64,000 nt of DNA from Neoechinorhynchus agilis (taxonomy: Eukaryota > Animalia > Acanthocephala): contig CM121342.1 in NCBI GenBank assembly GCA_051530055.1, forward strand, positions 3,285,489 to 3,349,488, in the 5' to 3' direction. Positions 59,351 through 64,000 of this stretch are shown here, piece after piece. Both the position numbers and the translations under genes were made by a program. The first letter of the stretch is position 1. Each line of letters opens with the position of its first letter. The notes under the pieces are model-generated. The model made no database searches and had not been told where the DNA came from. It saw nothing but the letters and a program-made list of their open reading frames with translations.

Positions 59351-60821
59351 TCAATATTCAAACACATTGAAATCAGTTTTCTCTAAAAATTGATCAGTTC
59401 GTGGTACCCAAGAAAATCAACATTCTTACTTGATGCTTTTAATTCCTCTTTTAGACTGAGAATCATGGCTAAAGTAAATACAAGATAATTAAGTCATTGG
59501 ATTTGTTGTTCGGTATGAAACTCACCTTTCAACTCATTCAACTCCGGACGAGTATCTTGTTTAACCATTGAAGTTTCATTTTCAATAAGCTTGTCGGTAT
59601 TCATGTTTGCTGGACGATCTAAAGATTCGTAATTGTCCTCGGTTCCAACAATTTTAAGATACTAACATAAAGGCAGATCCACAGGGAGAACGGCAGAAGC
59701 TAAATTGTTTCCGGATGGAGCAAAAGGTTGTTGGAAGAAGTACTGGATAATTTGAACGGGTTGTTGGGTGAACAAGGTAGTCGGCATCGTAGAAGTTTCA
59801 GTGTTAATTTTTATTTCCTCCATCGGTGCATTGGTCGTTGTTAAATATTCGGTGCTTGTTGTTTCTGTGAGCTTTGGCGCGTTCGTATTCATTGAGGCTA
59901 TATTCAAACTTGAATTCGTTGTTGGATAGTCATCAAATATAATTTTTGGTTTTACATCAGCGCCTTTGAGTATTGATTTGTGCTCCATTCCTTGAGTCTT
60001 TGGGCTCGCCTCTTCGTCTGTACTCTTTGTGTTTTGTGGAGACGGCACCTCTACTTTGCTTGCCTGAGATGCCAATGCTTGTGTTCCATATCCCTTGTAC
60101 CTGTCATTCCACCCTGATGGATAATTTTGATTCCACCAGTTATTTCCCCATTGATTGTGACCGAAATCGTATGACGGGGAGTTTGTTATTTCTGCACTGG
60201 GAGACGTCGAACTCATTACTGGTTTGGCCATAGCTATAGAATTGCCAGTTAAGCTTTTCATTTCGATTGGTTCCGTTTCTGGTGAAGATCCGACTTTCAT
60301 CGGCGATCCCATTCCGGGTACTGATTCACCAGACGAGGCGATAGGATAATTAGCCGGTCCTGACATTGGATTTGGTGTCGATACAGGTAATAATGGCGAT
60401 CCACCGTACATTTTATTGATGGAGGTCAATGGTCCGTTGATTGCAGTCTGTGGATCCTTCTTGTCTGCTTGGTTTAGATAATTAATAAGCTTTTCCATGT
60501 CGCGATTTCCAACGATATCCGAATCGGGTTTCTCATCGATGGTAATGCCAATCAGCTTTGCGATACAACTTTTATCAGTCTCTAAACCGGGAGCAAATCA
60601 AATTTTTGCTATTAAATAACAGAAAATCTTACCTGTATTTAGTAAAGTTCCCCATTCTTTGCTGGGATACTTTATAAAGTACAAATCTCGGGCTATAAAA
60701 AAATAGAAATCAGGATAACGTCTACTTTCTAACCTGTTCTTTGTGACGGAAATATGAAAGATATAAACCAAATAAAAATAATCGTGGATATTGCGAGCAT
60801 TTTGAAAGTCTTGAACGACAT
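59351..60821 (-). CDS. G1 copy 3, apparently intact 6-exon gene
   Basis: Exact positional mirror of 1426-2896; exon 3 is open (track ORF 59662-60498); TATA 12-mer at 60998-61009. Confidence 0.8.
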
Positions 60822-62349
60822 ATTTCACAATTTATCACAAGCTCTGAATAGCAGCAAACAACATTTAAATGTATGTTTTTGCGATGCCTAAAGTAACAAT
60901 CGTTAGTAAATACAGTTCGTCAACATTGACGCTTGCTTGCATGATGGTGATTTGAATGGTTTCAAGAACTTTGAATAAGCTCGCATGTTGCCTTGAAGAT
61001 CTTATATAGCATCCGTTTTGCCATGATGAGGTCCATTATTTAACTAAGAAATCCAAATGTGGATTAGCCCAGAAAAAGTCGACGAGGACGCAAAATAGTT
61101 TATCTTGAAGGTATTGAAGTAAGAAATTCTGTGTTACAAGTAAAAAATAGAGGTTAGAATTTTACGAAATCACCGACGGAAAAAAAGTTCTTAATTGCGG
61201 AAATCGATTTGATACGCAAAAATTATAAAGCAGATTTCGAGATAAATTTTAGCGAACTAAATTCATTGCCATTTGTTAAGAAGATCAATGCAGACTCGCC
61301 AGTTGAAATTTAAAGTAATATTTCTCTCTAGAATGAATCGTATAACTTAAGACACCTTTTAAAAATAAACGACTTTTAGTTTATTTTTCGGCAAGCGAAA
61401 CCAGTACTGGTGTTATGGAAAGTTGTTTCCAAATAAACGCTGGAAGGTGCATTAATATACTGACCGCGTTGTTCGAATAAATCCAATTTTTATATTGTAA
61501 ATTTAACCGATGTCAACCCAAGCTTGGAATTAAAGTCAAAGAATTTTTCAAAAAAGTTGTTCAAAAATATTTAAACAAGGAACCGTTCATGAAACTCAAC
61601 GATGCGATAAAATATATCCAGAATATCGCCAGTTTCTATCCTCAAAAATGTGCAAATATTTAAGTGCAACATTTCTAAACTTTTTGACTTACAAGAATGT
61701 GTTATTTTAAAGTAATCTTCATTGATTTCATCCTACTTTACGATCGGCATATTCTTAATTGCTTGGGTTCGAGGAAAATCGATATTTGCTACTGATGTGC
61801 GATGGCGTAGTATTTTTAAGACAAAATTAAAAACATTAATATAGAAAATGAAACCATCGCAAGAAGTGAAACTGATCGATGATGTTTACCTGAAGGCTCT
61901 CTGCTAAGGAAGCGGAACCATTTAAAGTTCGGTTATCGAAAATTATATTTTTAGTTAATAGGAAATGGAATTATGTAGTTACTTTTGTAAATGTATTTTA
62001 TCTGATAGGATCAAACTTTTTAGAAGATGCAACCTTGCAAGTTTTTTAATGGGATAGATTTTGGCCTAATAAACGCATAACTCTTTTGTACATTCATGTT
62101 TGAGACGTTGAAAATTAATAAAATACACTTTTATCCCCAACTGTTAATATACGTGACAGAGAGTCTTATTTTCATGGATTTAAATCTTGGATACATTGCA
62201 ATTAATAGTTTTTCTATCATTCTTTTTTAACAATGTTACCACAAATCAACAATTTAGGTTATGTACCATTTTGTCTTTATTTACAATGACCCTATTTTAT
62301 TTCGTGTTTTATCGCAAGTTGCTTTCAAACATATTTTTTGTGACCGAAA

Positions 62350-63560
62350 TCTCCTGCTGGAGCCGAGGCGACCGTACATGCATCACGAGCGAATAGTCGG
62401 AATGGTAGCCATAAAGGAACGACCATGGTCAAGTTTGACATGGAGAACGCGTTCAATTCAATAAGCTGCACCGCGATGACAGAGGTTGTCCACCAACACC
62501 GACGCAACATGGAAACAGGCGATCCTTCCCATTCGATTCGGCGGTCTTGGCATCCAGAGTGCCACCGAATTAGCAATTATTGCATTTTCGTCATCGATTT
62601 CGGTCTCTTCAGACCTGGTGCTGAGAATCATCCAACCACACACTCGAATAGAGTCGCACCCACCACCTGAACTGATTGAAATGCACGCTCAATGGACATC
62701 AGTGTTCGGGCAGGTCGTTTTGACCGAAACAAACTCTCAAGAACGTTGGACTGCCTTGCTCCACACTGCGTATTATCAGCAGCTTCTCAACTCATGCTTA
62801 TCTCCCACCGATTGAGCTAGTCTCCTGGCAGTCTCAGCTTCCCGATCACGGCTGTTGGCACGAGGCTGGATGACCAAGCCATCACCGTCGCTATGGGACT
62901 TCGGTTGGGCATCGAATTCTCAGACTCATATACATGTCGGTGCGGTGGAATAGTGAATAGGTCGAAAACTCACGGCCTTGACTGCAAGCGTTCAAATGCT
63001 CGCCGCGCACGGCACTCAGCAGTCAACCGCATAATCAAGGATGCCCTCTCAACGGCCGGTTTTCCTGCTCAACTCAAACCAGTCGGACTCTCCCGGAACG
63101 ACGGTAAACGCCCTGATGGAGCGACTCTCCTCCCATGGTGCTCCGGGAAAATACTGGTTTGGGATTCTACCTGCCCCAACACGCTCGCAGCATTCCACTT
63201 ACGGGATGCCGCCTCAAAAGCGGGAGCAGTCGCCAGCCTCAGCGAGGAAAAGAAGCGGCAGAAGTACTCCTCGCTCGATGGGCATCAATATATTTTCATC
63301 CCGATTGCGGTGGATACACTGGGATGTCTCGGTAAAGAAGCCGATTATTTCCTTTCTCGACTGGGAAAGATACTGAAATATGCCACCGGCGATATGCGCT
63401 CCAGCAGCTTCCTGCTGCAGCGAATCAGCGTGGCGATGCAACGCGGCAATGCCGCAGCCATCAAGGAAGCTGCCGAACAATCATAACATATCCGTAATGC
63501 GGATTTGATATGACTGCGAAATGCATAAATAAAATTTTAACACTAAATGATAAACATTTA
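62350..63560 (+). mobile_element. CRE-like family C, copy of 31040-32270
   Basis: Same internal deletion; RLE ORF 62893-63486. Confidence 0.88.
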
Positions 63561-64000
63561 TATAATTTACTGTTTCAATGAAACAAAAAATGCTCAATAA
63601 AATGGAGCTGCTTGTTGGTGCTCATGTTTCTGACAAAAATTATAGCTCTTCGTCATCAAATTACATGCCGCGTACACGATGATTGGCACCAACAATACGA
63701 GATTCCAAGACCAGCCAATCATTTTCTCCACCATTGCTTGATTCTTGGAATATTGAATAAATCACATTTTTTGTAAAATAATTTACTAACAGAAGGCAAA
63801 GGTTCGCTTTAATGTGAAGAAAAATCTCACGAATAAAGCGGGGCGGACGGTTTGAAGGATCACCGAAATGAAAAGATTTGGTATGACAACGAACGTGTCT
63901 GTTAAAGATAAAAAGTAATAACCATCGTTTACTGCGGTTGGAATTGAAATAAAAAGACTCAACAAAACCACTCAGATTCTAATCCATCTTGAATATTGTT

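Noticed and set aside
1-64000. Prokaryotic, viral or giant-transposon (Maverick, Helitron) system
   Set aside because: No integrase, polB, capsid, Rep/helicase or transposase motifs were recognised. Introns and TATA boxes indicate host nuclear DNA.

Overview
AT-rich eukaryotic nuclear DNA, probably from an invertebrate animal (inferred, not certain). The evidence is short 41-57 nt GT-AG introns, TATA boxes and a eukaryote-type tRNA-Tyr. There are no prokaryotic operons, CRISPR arrays or rRNA. The window is a patchwork of recent segmental duplications in both orientations: about 0.3-10.5 kb is an inverted, rearranged copy of about 46.8-62 kb, and about 25-35 kb is a direct, rearranged copy of about 45-64 kb. 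Three host genes are amplified. G1 is a 6-exon secreted S/T/P-rich protein that the ORF track only partly captures (3 copies). G2 is a 106-aa secreted peptide precursor (2 copies). G3 is a 966-codon Cys-motif protein (1 intact ORF and 1 disrupted copy). An intronless tRNA-Tyr(GTA) is present in 3 copies. Between these are many decayed retroelements: at least four CRE-like (RLE-encoding) non-LTR families, two RTE-like families, Penelope-like elements (PLE) with hammerhead ribozyme motifs, and another degenerate RT. There is also a 139-bp satellite. The most unusual observations are (1) a TIR-bounded ~1.1-kb element whose intact ORF is a stand-alone CRE-derived zinc-knuckle/RLE endonuclease with start and stop supplied by the TIRs, (2) an 8-copy, two-family kink-turn-type structured RNA motif just downstream of a 5' splice-site-like sequence, and (3) fold-back PLE remnants with hammerhead cores in both arms. 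Element boundaries are read by eye and are approximate unless stated.
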